A stretch of 64,000 bases of DNA, taken from the NCBI GenBank assembly GCA_012840085.1, contig DUMB01000079.1, positions 43,140 through 107,139 of the forward strand, in the 5' to 3' direction. The notes under the pieces were generated by a model. That model did no database searches. It was not told the origin of the DNA and saw nothing but the letters and a program-made list of their open reading frames with translations. The position numbers and the translations under genes are program-made. Positions 26,592-36,527 of the stretch are shown piece by piece; position 1 is the stretch's first letter; every line of letters starts with the position of its first letter. Source of the stretch: Clostridiaceae bacterium. GTDB lineage: Bacteria > Bacillota > Clostridia > Acetivibrionales > DUMB01.

Positions 26592-27887
26592 CTATGCCTC
26601 CTTTACATTATACTGTTCAGGACACAAAACCTTTTCCCGTTTTATATTATAAAACAAAGCTGTTGCAAGGATACCTAAAAGTAACAATGCAATACTTAGA
26701 ACAAAGGGCAGTACTCTTGAAATATCACTCAGCAGGCCGCCTATATATCCAAAGGGCACACTCACCAGCATTACCAGCGTCTGAAGTATTGCCATAATTC
26801 CTGAACGCTCCTCTGGATCAACATGAATTGCGACCAGAGATTCTCTAAGCGTATTTAGAACAGCTCCCCCCAACGCTTCAAAAACCAATGAAATGAATAA
26901 TAATACATATCCCCATACACCAGCATCTGATATTGAAATCAATAATATATAAGCAGCTATAGAACTGATGAATCCCCCGTACAACGGCCACTTCAACTTG
27001 GATTGTTTGATTCGTGAAATAACTGTGAAGAAAAGAATAATTGAAAGTATGCTCCGTACCATCGGGAAAATAGGCAGTAAAGTATCAGAAACGCCAATAC
27101 GGCGGGATACTATAATTTGCCAGAAGGTCATCCCAATCATAGTCACAATCTCTACCAGGATACTTATAACTATTGCAAATATTGTACCTCGAGAATTTAT
27201 TATCTTTCGTATTGCACTTTTATACCCGGACAGCATCTCTATACATGACTTATCACGAGATGCTTCACATCTGATTTTTCCAACACCTGTTTCCGTAGAG
27301 AACTTATATAGAATTAATAACTTTGCCGTCATAATAATGAAAGCATTGATATAGAGTATTCGCAGAGCCGGAACCAGTGTCAGTTTTGCCACCAGAATTG
27401 ATGATATCGGCGCAAACAGTGCCGAAAGATTGCCACAAAGTATAATCCATGAATATATTTGCGTAATTTTATCTTTTGGGGCATCCTCTATAAGCAAACA
27501 ATCCCAGGATACTGTAGTTATTTTCATCATACCGTTAAGTAATGCAGCTACAACAAAAAACCAAAATCCCTGGCTGGATGCCCATATAATGCAAGGAATG
27601 CACCAGGCCAGAAAATCAAATATCGCTGTAGTCTTCCTGCGGCCAAGTTTATCTGTGATAACACTGGATAAAAATGCAAAAACCATCTGAGAAAACATAT
27701 AAATTGAAGTGACAATCCCTACCTGTACGTCACTCAAACCAAAAGCGAGCATATATACCGACGCATAGGGCAGGCACAGGTTCATGGAAAGTCCCCACAG
27801 AGGTTCAGTAAAAACACAGGCACGGGGGTTACCGCGCAGCTCGATAAGGGTACGTAGTAATTTATGATTTAATAATTTGTTTTTCAT
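26592..27887 (-). CDS. MFS transporter
   Basis: 431 aa with ~12 TM helices and an MFS loop motif (DKLGRRKT). Confidence 0.8.
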   Translation of the reverse strand: MKNKLLNHKLLRTLIELRGNPRACVFTEPLWGLSMNLCLPYASVYMLAFGLSDVQVGIVTSIYMFSQMVFAFLSSVITDKLGRRKTTAIFDFLAWCIPCIIWASSQGFWFFVVAALLNGMMKITTVSWDCLLIEDAPKDKITQIYSWIILCGNLSALFAPISSILVAKLTLVPALRILYINAFIIMTAKLLILYKFSTETGVGKIRCEASRDKSCIEMLSGYKSAIRKIINSRGTIFAIVISILVEIVTMIGMTFWQIIVSRRIGVSDTLLPIFPMVRSILSIILFFTVISRIKQSKLKWPLYGGFISSIAAYILLISISDAGVWGYVLLFISLVFEALGGAVLNTLRESLVAIHVDPEERSGIMAILQTLVMLVSVPFGYIGGLLSDISRVLPFVLSIALLLLGILATALFYNIKREKVLCPEQYNVKEA

Positions 27888-28067
27888 TTTAGCTAGTTCC
27901 TCTCTTGTCGCTCATTAAGCTATATAATGTAAAAAAGAAGTTATATAGTGTAAAAAATTTCTTGTAATTTTTATTTCGTGTAATTTTTCAGTAACAAATT
28001 TTTTTACTAACTCATATTAGCAGTTAATCTACATTTTACTACATGACAGTTTACTATTCTATTGTTA

Positions 28068-29378
28068 TTATTGATAAATAATTCCCTTCCGTTCTGAGGC
28101 CTTGCGCAATACCAGTGCTATTATTGTGCACATTCCCTCTGCAATGGCAACTGTGTACCAGACAAAATCATAGCCGAATATATGCGGCAAAAAGTTGATG
28201 CAGAGATAATTGAAAACAATGCTTCTTGACACATTAAGCACGATTGCATATTGCGTGCGTTTTGTCGAGAAAAGATAAGCTCCTGTAACTGCGTTATATG
28301 CTGTGAATACAAAGTTCAGGCAATATTTCGGCATCGCTGAAGACACGATAGAGTATGCTGCCTCTTCCGCCCCGAACAATACACAGACAGGTTTTCCGAT
28401 AAAAAAAGTCAGCAGTAACAGTATTCCACCACCTGCAAGTGCGATAATCCGACCGGTTTTGAAATAATATTTCAGGCTTCTGTCATCATTTGCACCATAG
28501 CTTAAGCCATACAGAGGCTGGAGTCCTACGGCAAGTCCCCATATAAGGGAGGAAAAAAGCGATCCTGCATAGGTAATTATCGAGAAAGCATTGACAGAAA
28601 GATCACCCAGATGTGTTATCAGCATATTATTCATGGAAAAAGTGGTTATCGTGGACGCAAACTGGGATATCATTTCAGGCAGGCCGCGAAGAAATATTTT
28701 CTTGTAGAGCGACGGCTGAAATTTGAACTTTTTGATTTCTAAACGTCCCCTTTTACAAATAAAATGAGTTAAATCCACAAAAAGGGAGACTGTGCAGGCC
28801 ACTCCGCTTGCGAAAGCAGCCCCGCCTATACCTTTGTGGAACACATAAATCATAACTGCATCCAGCACGATGTTTGTGCCTGTGCATACAAATGCCACGA
28901 CCATCGTAAGCTCCGGATCTCCATCGTTACGTACATACTGATTCAGGCAATAAAACACTGAAGTTGGAATCAGAAATACAGAATACCATCGAATATATTC
29001 AGCGACCATCGAAAGAAACGTTTCGTTTGCACCAAGCAGTACAGCTATTTTTTCCGGAAAGGCCACCCCTGCTATGGTAAAAATTGTAAATACAGCTATA
29101 TTGATGAGCAGAGAATGCATAAACACCTGATTTGCACCTTCTGTATCACCGCGCCCCAAACGGACTGAAGCTACAGCAACACCACCAACATTAAACAGAC
29201 AAGTCAAGGCACTGAAAAGTGTGATAAAAGGCATCGCCAGACTTACCGCACCGAGCGCATCGGGACCGACTCCGTTTCCGACAAATCTGCCGTCAACAAT
29301 CGTCAGCAGAAAAAATGCTGCATTTCCAATCATAGCCGGGATAATATATTTTCTTAAATTCTTATGTAGTTCACTCAT
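28068..29378 (-). CDS. MATE family efflux transporter
   Basis: 436 aa with 12 TM helices and a MATE-like N-terminus (IIPAMIGNAAFFLLTIVDGRFVG). Confidence 0.8.
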   Translation of the reverse strand: MSELHKNLRKYIIPAMIGNAAFFLLTIVDGRFVGNGVGPDALGAVSLAMPFITLFSALTCLFNVGGVAVASVRLGRGDTEGANQVFMHSLLINIAVFTIFTIAGVAFPEKIAVLLGANETFLSMVAEYIRWYSVFLIPTSVFYCLNQYVRNDGDPELTMVVAFVCTGTNIVLDAVMIYVFHKGIGGAAFASGVACTVSLFVDLTHFICKRGRLEIKKFKFQPSLYKKIFLRGLPEMISQFASTITTFSMNNMLITHLGDLSVNAFSIITYAGSLFSSLIWGLAVGLQPLYGLSYGANDDRSLKYYFKTGRIIALAGGGILLLLTFFIGKPVCVLFGAEEAAYSIVSSAMPKYCLNFVFTAYNAVTGAYLFSTKRTQYAIVLNVSRSIVFNYLCINFLPHIFGYDFVWYTVAIAEGMCTIIALVLRKASERKGIIYQ

Positions 29379-29836
29379 TTTTTTATTTTGTCCTCCTAAA
29401 ATGTCCTCCTAAAGCATGCCGCAAAATCCGTAACAGGATGTATGTGCGAATAGCTGAAATGACGGTTTGCTTACTTAACAGAGTATAGTATGATTCCATA
29501 TTTATGTCAACCGAATTCATAAAATGGTTATGCTATTTTATTACATCCATTACGCCTGCTCAATTCCTGCAATGACTAATGACTGAACAGAATCAGCTGG
29601 TAAGATTTCATACTCAATGATTATTATTATTAATATCTTCAGAGGTGCTTTATTTCCAGTATTCTTTTCTTATCATAAGTTTACATAAATCTTAATTGTG
29701 ACTAAGAATTAGTTATACGAATTTAAGCAACAAAAATCAATGCCAGCCTCGGATTCGGGGCAAAAGCCATTATAAGCGCTCCGATAAGAATACCGGGTGC
29801 CCTTTATGTCCTTTCTTTATTTGCTTTTTTTCTTCT

Positions 29837-30310
29837 TCATTTTATTTCTTTTTCCATCCTGTCAAGATTAGAATTCAGTTTTTTCAACAGTATAAACAAA
29901 GTTTGTTTCTCTTCTTCCGTAAACCCCTCCAAAACCTTTCGGTCTGCTGATTCAAAAATTTGTTTACTTTGTTCTACAACTTTTTTCCCTTTTTCAGTAA
30001 TGTTAATTTTATTAATGCGGTTATCCTCTTCAACTATTGCTCTATTGATGTACCCGCCCTTTTCCAACTTTTTTAAAGATACTGCTACCGTTGCCGGAGA
30101 TATATTCATTGAACAGGCAATATCGTTCTGTGAAGCATTCGGGTTATGGGAGATCTCCATCAATAGGCGATGTTGGGCCTGGTAAACACCGGTCTCATTC
30201 AGATAACTCTGCATAATTTTCCTGTGTTTTATAGCGAAATAAATTAATTGATGAATAATTGCCTTGTTACAGATTTTATTTGGACAATTATTATCATAAT
30301 TATTGTCCAT
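29837..30310 (-). CDS. MarR family transcriptional regulator
   Basis: Winged-helix core QHRLLMEISHNPNASQNDIACSMNISPATVAVSLKKLEKGGYI. Confidence 0.85.
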   Translation of the reverse strand: MDNNYDNNCPNKICNKAIIHQLIYFAIKHRKIMQSYLNETGVYQAQHRLLMEISHNPNASQNDIACSMNISPATVAVSLKKLEKGGYINRAIVEEDNRINKINITEKGKKVVEQSKQIFESADRKVLEGFTEEEKQTLFILLKKLNSNLDRMEKEIK

Positions 30311-30343
30311 TTTCTATTTCCCACCGCCTTATTTTGTGATTTT

Positions 30344-30390
30344 TATTAGCTTGTTAAACATTACCTTGTTAATTATTAGCTAGTTAACTA
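30344..30390. promoter_or_regulatory. Putative MarR operator repeats
   Basis: ATTAGCTTGTTAA (30344-30356) and ATTAGCTAGTTAA (30374-30386) lie 30 bp apart. The second contains the perfect palindrome TAGTTAACTA. Both sit 35-80 nt upstream of the marR ATG. Confidence 0.35.
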
Positions 30391-30572
30391 TTACAATGTA
30401 ACATTCCATTTACTCAGTGTCAATTCTCATTTTGTTCAGTCTGAGTTTCACTTATGATAAAAGACCACGGGTTTAATATTCTTTTTCAATACGGCCATAA
30501 AAGATTTTCCCGCTGACGGCATCTTCCCACCGTCATATATCAAGTTTTTTAGATTGGTAAGCCATTATAAAA

Positions 30573-31796
30573 TTATTCTACTACCTTCTCCTTCATCTTT
30601 TTTATAAGCTCTAATACCCTTGTTTCAATCTTAATCAGGTCTTCTTTCCTGGGTGCTCCTTCAAATTCCACCGACTCAATAAAATCCCAGCCCATCTTAT
30701 TTCTTTCTATAATTTCACTGAGCTCTTTCTCCGCACCACCGGACCATCCATAAGACCCAAACCTAAAGGCCGCCTTGCCTTTAATCTTTTTTCTGCCAAG
30801 CTCATCTAAAGCTGCTGCTACTGGTGGAAACAGTCTGTACTCATAAGTAGGAGCTGCAATAATTATACCTGCAGATTTAAAAACAGTTGCGACCATTTCA
30901 CTATCACTTTCCAGTGGCATTTGCAGCTTGTTGTATTTGACGCCTTCTCTTTGAAGTATGTTTTCAGCGTAATCAAGTGCTTTTGCAGTCATTCCATACA
31001 TGGATCCCCATAGTATAGTAACTTCATTCTTACCTGCCCCTTCAGCATATCGGGAATATCTGGAATATTCGTCTATGATTTTCTGGGGATTCTTTCTATA
31101 AACAGGACCATGACCAGGTGCTATTGTGTTTATTTCCAGCGATTTTGCTTTCTCTACTGCCTTTTTCACACTAGGTGTAAAAGTCGCCATAACATTGGAA
31201 TAATACCTTATTCCTTCAAATTCAAAGAATTCTATCTCTTCAGGTGTCAGCTCATCATCAAAATAATGTTCCCCCATCCTGCCAAATGTTCCAAACATAT
31301 CGCATGAGAAGAGAGTTTTTGAATTTCTTTCATAGGTGTACATAGTATCCGGCCAGTGAACGTTTGGTACCGGATGGAAACTCAACACCTTACCATTTCC
31401 AAGGTCTAAAGTATCTCCTTCCTTCACAACCCTTATTTTATCTTCTCCATAAAAGGAGGCCACCATCTTTGCAGCTTTATCTGTACATATTACTGTAAAA
31501 TCTTCCTTGATTTTTCTGAAGTTTGAAATCCAGCCGGAATGGTCTGGTTCCATATGGTTAACAATCAAATAATCAATATTTTTAGGCTCAACACCTATTT
31601 CTGCCAAGTTTTTATAAAGGGTCTCGGGTATCCCATCCCAACCAATTACACCATCAATGATTGCAGTCTTTTCTCCCTGAACTATATATGAGTTTAGGGT
31701 AACACCATTTACAATTTCCCAGATTCCCTCAAAAAGAATGTCCTCAACATTCATAGTCAGCATGTGTATTCCGTCTGCAATTTTCAACACCTTCAT
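30573..31796 (-). CDS. FprA-type flavodiiron protein (MBL-like plus flavodoxin domains)
   Basis: Diiron motif NHMEPDHSGW, with a C-terminal flavodoxin-like domain (EVTILWGSMYGMT). Confidence 0.88.
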   Translation of the reverse strand: MKVLKIADGIHMLTMNVEDILFEGIWEIVNGVTLNSYIVQGEKTAIIDGVIGWDGIPETLYKNLAEIGVEPKNIDYLIVNHMEPDHSGWISNFRKIKEDFTVICTDKAAKMVASFYGEDKIRVVKEGDTLDLGNGKVLSFHPVPNVHWPDTMYTYERNSKTLFSCDMFGTFGRMGEHYFDDELTPEEIEFFEFEGIRYYSNVMATFTPSVKKAVEKAKSLEINTIAPGHGPVYRKNPQKIIDEYSRYSRYAEGAGKNEVTILWGSMYGMTAKALDYAENILQREGVKYNKLQMPLESDSEMVATVFKSAGIIIAAPTYEYRLFPPVAAALDELGRKKIKGKAAFRFGSYGWSGGAEKELSEIIERNKMGWDFIESVEFEGAPRKEDLIKIETRVLELIKKMKEKVVE

Positions 31797-31981
31797 TATA
31801 ATTCATCCTCCTTCAATTTATAGTATCATAAGTTGCTTTCAGGCAATTAGGGTCAATATTTAAAAAAGTAAAGAGTTATTAAAACAAAATACTTTTAATA
31901 GCGACATTCTACATAATCTATCGGAATATTTCAACTATTCAAATAGTCTGGCAACTCCGCTGAATGCAATCTCATTACAAA

Positions 31982-32652
31982 CCTATAGGTTTACTTGTGT
32001 TTCTAATCCCGACTTAAACTCTACCACTACCCTGTAGACATTTACAATCACTTTTTCAACCGGTTTTCTAATTAGTTTATCACTAAACTCCTCAATGCTC
32101 AATTATTCAATGCCAAGCGCAGCTTTCCTATTGGTTTTATTAAATCCTGCCAATATGAAGCTGTCATCTGTGAGAAACAGGGGTTTATTGTTATAGTAAC
32201 CAAGGTTCAATATTTTTTTGAATGAAATCAATACGGTCAAATACATAACATCTCCGTTGCTTCCAATTGATGCATATATTCTTTTTTGTATCAATGATCC
32301 GCCAAAGATAACCATAAGTCATGCCGCCGAACTCTTTTGCGCATACTTTTCTTGGTGCAACCATTTCATTTATCCAATCCTGTGATATGATCCTTTCACA
32401 TGCACGAGTCGCCGAAACAACCAAAGGTTTTTCCATCCATGTTAGTTTTAGCATTAAAAAGAAGCATATTATAATATTGTCTACTGAGATTTGATGTTGT
32501 ATAAGCAAATATACGTCAATGTGACTTTTGAAAATGTCAAAAAACATAGTAAGAAGGTTTCGTTTATTCAGCTTCCTTTCAATACTGAACATTCGCTGAA
32601 AAGTGTAATTTCGAAATGCGCAGCATTCATCATTGCTTATAGTAGTTATCAC
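31982..32652 (-). pseudogene. Decayed gene of unknown function downstream of TetR (one frameshift, one in-frame stop)
   Basis: Track ORFs 32191..32652 and 32103..32315 overlap in different frames. After the TAA at 32105-32103 the same frame continues as LSIEEFSDKLIRKPVEKVIVNVYRVVVEFKSGLETQVNL to TAG 31984-31982. Confidence 0.4.
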
Positions 32653-33238
32653 GCAGAGAAAGAATAAGCTGTTCCATTTCTTTTATGGCTCTGTCCGGAT
32701 TTTCAAATACTTCCTGTTTATTTACAGACATATATCCTTCCACAGCCAGCGTAATCAGTTTTAATAGTTTTTCCGGAGCTTCTGGATCTTTAAATAGTGA
32801 ACGGTCAACATTCTCCAAAATATCATCTGCATTGTTTTTCATATATTTTCCCTTTATGAGCTTTATGTCCGAACTCACTTGGGGGTCTGTTTCAAAATAT
32901 GCAGCATTCAGGAAGCGAAGCATATAGGGATATTCCCTCATTAGTCGAATTTCCCTTCGAAGATTTTTTATTATGTACATAAAGAAGTCTCTTTCACCGG
33001 TCAGGTTTTCCTCATCTTCAATACTGCCAGCAGTTTTCAGAGCCGTTTCAAACAAATACAAATAGAAGCCCTTCTTATTTCCGAAATAGTGAAACAGCAG
33101 TGACTTTGATATTCCTGCTGCCTCTGCTATGGAAGACGTAGGTGCTTTCCTGTATGGGAAAGAAGAAAAAACTTTGTATCCGGCATTTAACATCTGCCTT
33201 TGGCGTTCCTGAGGAAGATTATAAAATCTCTTATTCAT
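32630..33238 (-). CDS. TetR/AcrR family transcriptional regulator
   Basis: N-terminal HTH: YRKAPTSSIAEAAGISKSLLFHYFGNKKGFY. Confidence 0.88.
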   Translation of the reverse strand: MNKRFYNLPQERQRQMLNAGYKVFSSFPYRKAPTSSIAEAAGISKSLLFHYFGNKKGFYLYLFETALKTAGSIEDEENLTGERDFFMYIIKNLRREIRLMREYPYMLRFLNAAYFETDPQVSSDIKLIKGKYMKNNADDILENVDRSLFKDPEAPEKLLKLITLAVEGYMSVNKQEVFENPDRAIKEMEQLILSLRDNYYKQ

Positions 33239-33601
33239 TTATTTCACCAGTATACCCTGAAATCTAGCAATGAAGCCTTTAAATATTATACAAACACCTA
33301 TTATCACCAATGCAGTTTCCGATTTTCCGACAATAGGCACTTTCATTCCGAAAATCTGAGCAATCATCGAAAGCAATAGTATTACTCCAAGAATATACCC
33401 GCAAATCGTTAATGGATGATTCCAGGCTGCGGAAATAAACTTCCCAACGCTTGCCATACAAAGAACAAACCCAATTGCACACAGAGTGATAGATGCGGAT
33501 CTGGGACTGCGTATCCATAAAAACTGTTTCCCGGATAGACCCAAGCAAATCAATGCAACTGAGATAATAGCCTCTACAACCAGAAGGGAAACATTTTTCA
33601 T
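33239..33601 (-). CDS. Small integral membrane protein (4 predicted TM helices), co-transcribed with TetR
   Basis: 120-aa hydrophobic ORF whose stop directly abuts the TetR ATG. It is preferred over the overlapping ORF 33279..33644. Confidence 0.6.
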   Translation of the reverse strand: MKNVSLLVVEAIISVALICLGLSGKQFLWIRSPRSASITLCAIGFVLCMASVGKFISAAWNHPLTICGYILGVILLLSMIAQIFGMKVPIVGKSETALVIIGVCIIFKGFIARFQGILVK

Positions 33602-34196
33602 ACAGATTTCTCCTTGTATTTACATATTTAGTTAATGTCATCATACTACCGTTGACCGATTTTGTGAAGACCTATAAAAAATAAAATTGAAAAACATTTC
33701 AAATTAGTTAAAAATCATCTCCTCAATTTCCCTATAAAATCAAGGCTCATAATACCGCCACCGCTGTAAGATCTGAAACTAAATTAATGTCAGTAGTTTG
33801 TCAATGATTAGAATAGGCATTTTTAATTAACTCCACCAATGCGCTTTTCCTCTTGTTTTTTATTTTTATATATAACTGCAATTTAAACAAATATAATGCT
33901 ACAAACCAGTATACATTTCATGGATTAAATGTTGCTATAGAGGCAGAATGGCAATTGCGTATTACATACCCTTTCGATTGAGCTTCATAGAAACCACTAT
34001 TGATTGCAAGTATTGCATCTTTAGCAATTAATGAAATATATTCCTTTACATTTCTTTCATAAGTATTTCCGCCAATGCAGTCTTTAAATTATTTTAAGAG
34101 TGTCTTTAATAATATCCGCAAGACTTGCACTCCCGGTACAAACCAAATACAATTTAAAATAGCATAAATCCAAAATCGAAATGGGGATGACGCTTC

Positions 34197-34901
34197 GTGA
34201 ATGAGTATAAAATTATGATTGTTGATGATGAGCCGGATATTTTAGACGTCCTGGAAAAAGCTCTTAACATAGAAGGATATTTCAACATTATTAAATCCTG
34301 CAACGGTCTTTCAGCCATAAGCATTTGTAAGGAAGCCCAACCCGACGTTATTATCTTGGATGTTATGCTTCCGGATATTGATGGGTATGAAGTATGCAAA
34401 CAAATCCGGCAGTTTTCCCACTGCCCTATTCTGTTCCTTTCTTCAAAAAATGATGAATTGGATAAAATACTCGGCTTGGCAGTGGGCGGTGATGATTATG
34501 TTACTAAGCCTTTTAGTCCCAGAGAAGTAGTTTATAGAGTTAAAGCGCAGCTTCGCCGTGCCCGGTACAAGCATAATTCCACAAATGATTATTCTATTAA
34601 AGTTGGAGAACTGATGATTGACCCCAACGGCTGCATAGTGATGAAAGGAGACAAAGAAGTAGAATTGACAGCAAGAGAGTTTGAGATTCTGCGATACTTG
34701 GCTGAAAATAAAGGACGGGTTATCAGTCGTGAACGCTTGTATGAAACTATTTGGGGAGAGGACGGCTTTGGTTGCGATAATACTGTTATGGTACATATTC
34801 GCCACTTGCGTGAAAAAATCGAGGATAACCCCTCAACACCAAAATATATTGTCACAATGAAAGGTTTAGGTTATAAGCTGGTGAATCCATATGAAAAGTA
34901 G
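34197..34901 (+). CDS. OmpR/PhoB-family response regulator
   Basis: Receiver domain (IMIVDDEPD, DVMLPDIDG, KP) plus a winged-helix output (LTAREFEILRYL, MKGLGYKL). GTG start with GGGGATGA upstream. Confidence 0.88.
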   Translation: MNEYKIMIVDDEPDILDVLEKALNIEGYFNIIKSCNGLSAISICKEAQPDVIILDVMLPDIDGYEVCKQIRQFSHCPILFLSSKNDELDKILGLAVGGDDYVTKPFSPREVVYRVKAQLRRARYKHNSTNDYSIKVGELMIDPNGCIVMKGDKEVELTAREFEILRYLAENKGRVISRERLYETIWGEDGFGCDNTVMVHIRHLREKIEDNPSTPKYIVTMKGLGYKLVNPYEK

Positions 34902-36297
34902 AACTAGATTAAATCCCTTTTTTCGCATCTTTGTTTTCGTGACCGTTTTAATTTTAATGGCAGTTGTTACTGCAATCGTTCTGTTTTATTATATCTTCTC
35001 AATACCTGAACCGGAAGGACTGAGCCCGACAGACTGGCCAAACAGATTTACGGATAATTTCTCAATGTGGATAAAGATTGAGAACGGAAACATAAAAATA
35101 CGGGATGTTGGACTACAACGATTGGATGAGTATGGTTTATGGCTTCAAATTTTCGACGAAGAAGGGCACGAAGTTTTCGCATACAATAAACCTCATCATT
35201 ACCCAACAAGTTATTCTGCTCCTGAATTAATTGCATTTAGTACAAGCACCTATGAGAATGGATATACCGTTTTTGCCAGCAGCTTTGAAAGCGCCGATAA
35301 AGCATATGGTTATATTATTGGCTTCCCTTATGCCATCGGGAAATATATGCTATATTATAACGGTGAAAGAATCGGGCGTCTATATCCTGTATTTCGTACA
35401 GGAATCTTATTTCTTTTTTGTGCCATTGTTATTTTGGCTCTTGCTTATGGCTTCTGGCTTACCGGACATCTTAGCAAAATATCAAACGGCATTACAGAAC
35501 TATCTCTTCGCACTTATTTGCCGCTTCCCGAGAAAGGCATATTCAGAGAAATCTATAGAGCTCTTAATGAAGTGGATACAGAAATCCGCCATAGTGATAA
35601 GGTGCAACAGGATACTGAAAGAGTACGCAAAGAGTGGATAGCAAATATTACACACGATTTAAAAACGCCCCTTTCTCCAATTAAAGCATATGCAGAGTTG
35701 CTTGCTTATAGCCCCGTTGCTGAAAGTAAAACCGTTAGGGAATACAGTTCAATAATTTTAAAAAATGTCGATTACACCGAGAAACTGATTAACGACTTAA
35801 AACTTACCTATCAGTTGGATTCCGGTTCAATACCATATAATCCCCAAAAGGTAAATATTACACGCTTTCTGAAAGAATTAGTCATTGATATAGTAAATAA
35901 CCCCGCTTTTTCAAATCGAAATATTGAGTTTGAAAGCAATGCAGAAGGGCTTTCAGTTCCCCTTGACGCCAGTTTATTCCGCCGTGCTGTTGAGAATATT
36001 ATCATAAACGCACTTATCCATAACCCACAGGATACGAAAGTAAAAATCACTGTAAGTCCGGACTCCCAAAAAGGTGTATGTATTTGCGTATGTGATAACG
36101 GAACAGGTATGAGCGATGAGGAGCAAGCAGAATTATTTAACCGATATTACAGAGGTACAAATACTAAAGAAAAACCTGAAGGCAGTGGTCTTGGGCTTGC
36201 TATCGCAAAACAGATTATAACGTTACACGGCGGCAATATTACTGTAAAAAGTAAACCCAATGAGGGTACACAATTCTTGGTTTACCTTCCGCACTAA
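34891..36297 (+). CDS. Sensor histidine kinase
   Basis: Two TM helices flank an extracytoplasmic loop. H-box ITHDLKTPLSPI; HATPase boxes NALIHNP, DNGTGM, GSGLGLAI. It overlaps the RR gene by 11 nt. Confidence 0.88.
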   Translation: MKSRTRLNPFFRIFVFVTVLILMAVVTAIVLFYYIFSIPEPEGLSPTDWPNRFTDNFSMWIKIENGNIKIRDVGLQRLDEYGLWLQIFDEEGHEVFAYNKPHHYPTSYSAPELIAFSTSTYENGYTVFASSFESADKAYGYIIGFPYAIGKYMLYYNGERIGRLYPVFRTGILFLFCAIVILALAYGFWLTGHLSKISNGITELSLRTYLPLPEKGIFREIYRALNEVDTEIRHSDKVQQDTERVRKEWIANITHDLKTPLSPIKAYAELLAYSPVAESKTVREYSSIILKNVDYTEKLINDLKLTYQLDSGSIPYNPQKVNITRFLKELVIDIVNNPAFSNRNIEFESNAEGLSVPLDASLFRRAVENIIINALIHNPQDTKVKITVSPDSQKGVCICVCDNGTGMSDEEQAELFNRYYRGTNTKEKPEGSGLGLAIAKQIITLHGGNITVKSKPNEGTQFLVYLPH

Positions 36298-36308
36298 AAG
36301 CAGTTAAA

Positions 36309-36414
36309 TTAACTTGTTGTGCTAGCATTTCGATAGCAGGAGTTCCGAGCTCAAGAGCTAATAAGCTCTAAAGCTCTCCACAATGCTATCTCATTATCTA
36401 GCACAACAAGTTAA
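36309..36414. mobile_element. Copy 2 of the ~110-bp palindromic MITE-like element (inverted relative to copies 1 and 3)
   Basis: Perfect 17-bp terminal inverted repeat TTAACTTGTTGTGCTAG / CTAGCACAACAAGTTAA. The internal blocks TCGATAGCAGGAGTTCC and CTCCACAATGCT are shared with the other copies. Confidence 0.8.
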
Positions 36415-36527
36415 CTTAAGGTAAAATTAAGATACGTAAAAGCTACACCTAAGATAGATGATTTATGCTATTTGCATAGGTCATCTATTTTTTTGTGCAT
36501 ATGAAGAAATGAACCGGAGGTATTAAT

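Noticed and set aside
29385-29412. Duplicated TGTCCTCCTAAA just upstream of the MATE start (two AGGAGGA SD copies on the minus strand)
   Set aside because: This is a real 12-nt duplication, but it is too short for any inference beyond a local slippage event.
33279-33644. 121-aa minus-strand ORF overlapping 33239..33601
   Set aside because: The alternative frame gives a clean 4-TM membrane protein whose stop abuts the TetR start. This frame is Cys/Arg-rich with no SD.
33900-34085. Minus-strand open frame FKDCIGGNTYERNVKEYISLIAKDAILAINSGFYEAQSKGYVIRNCHSASIATFNP in the 550-bp gap upstream of the response regulator
   Set aside because: It has no start codon, is bounded by stops, and belongs to no family I recognise. 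It may be a gene remnant but is not supportable as a feature.
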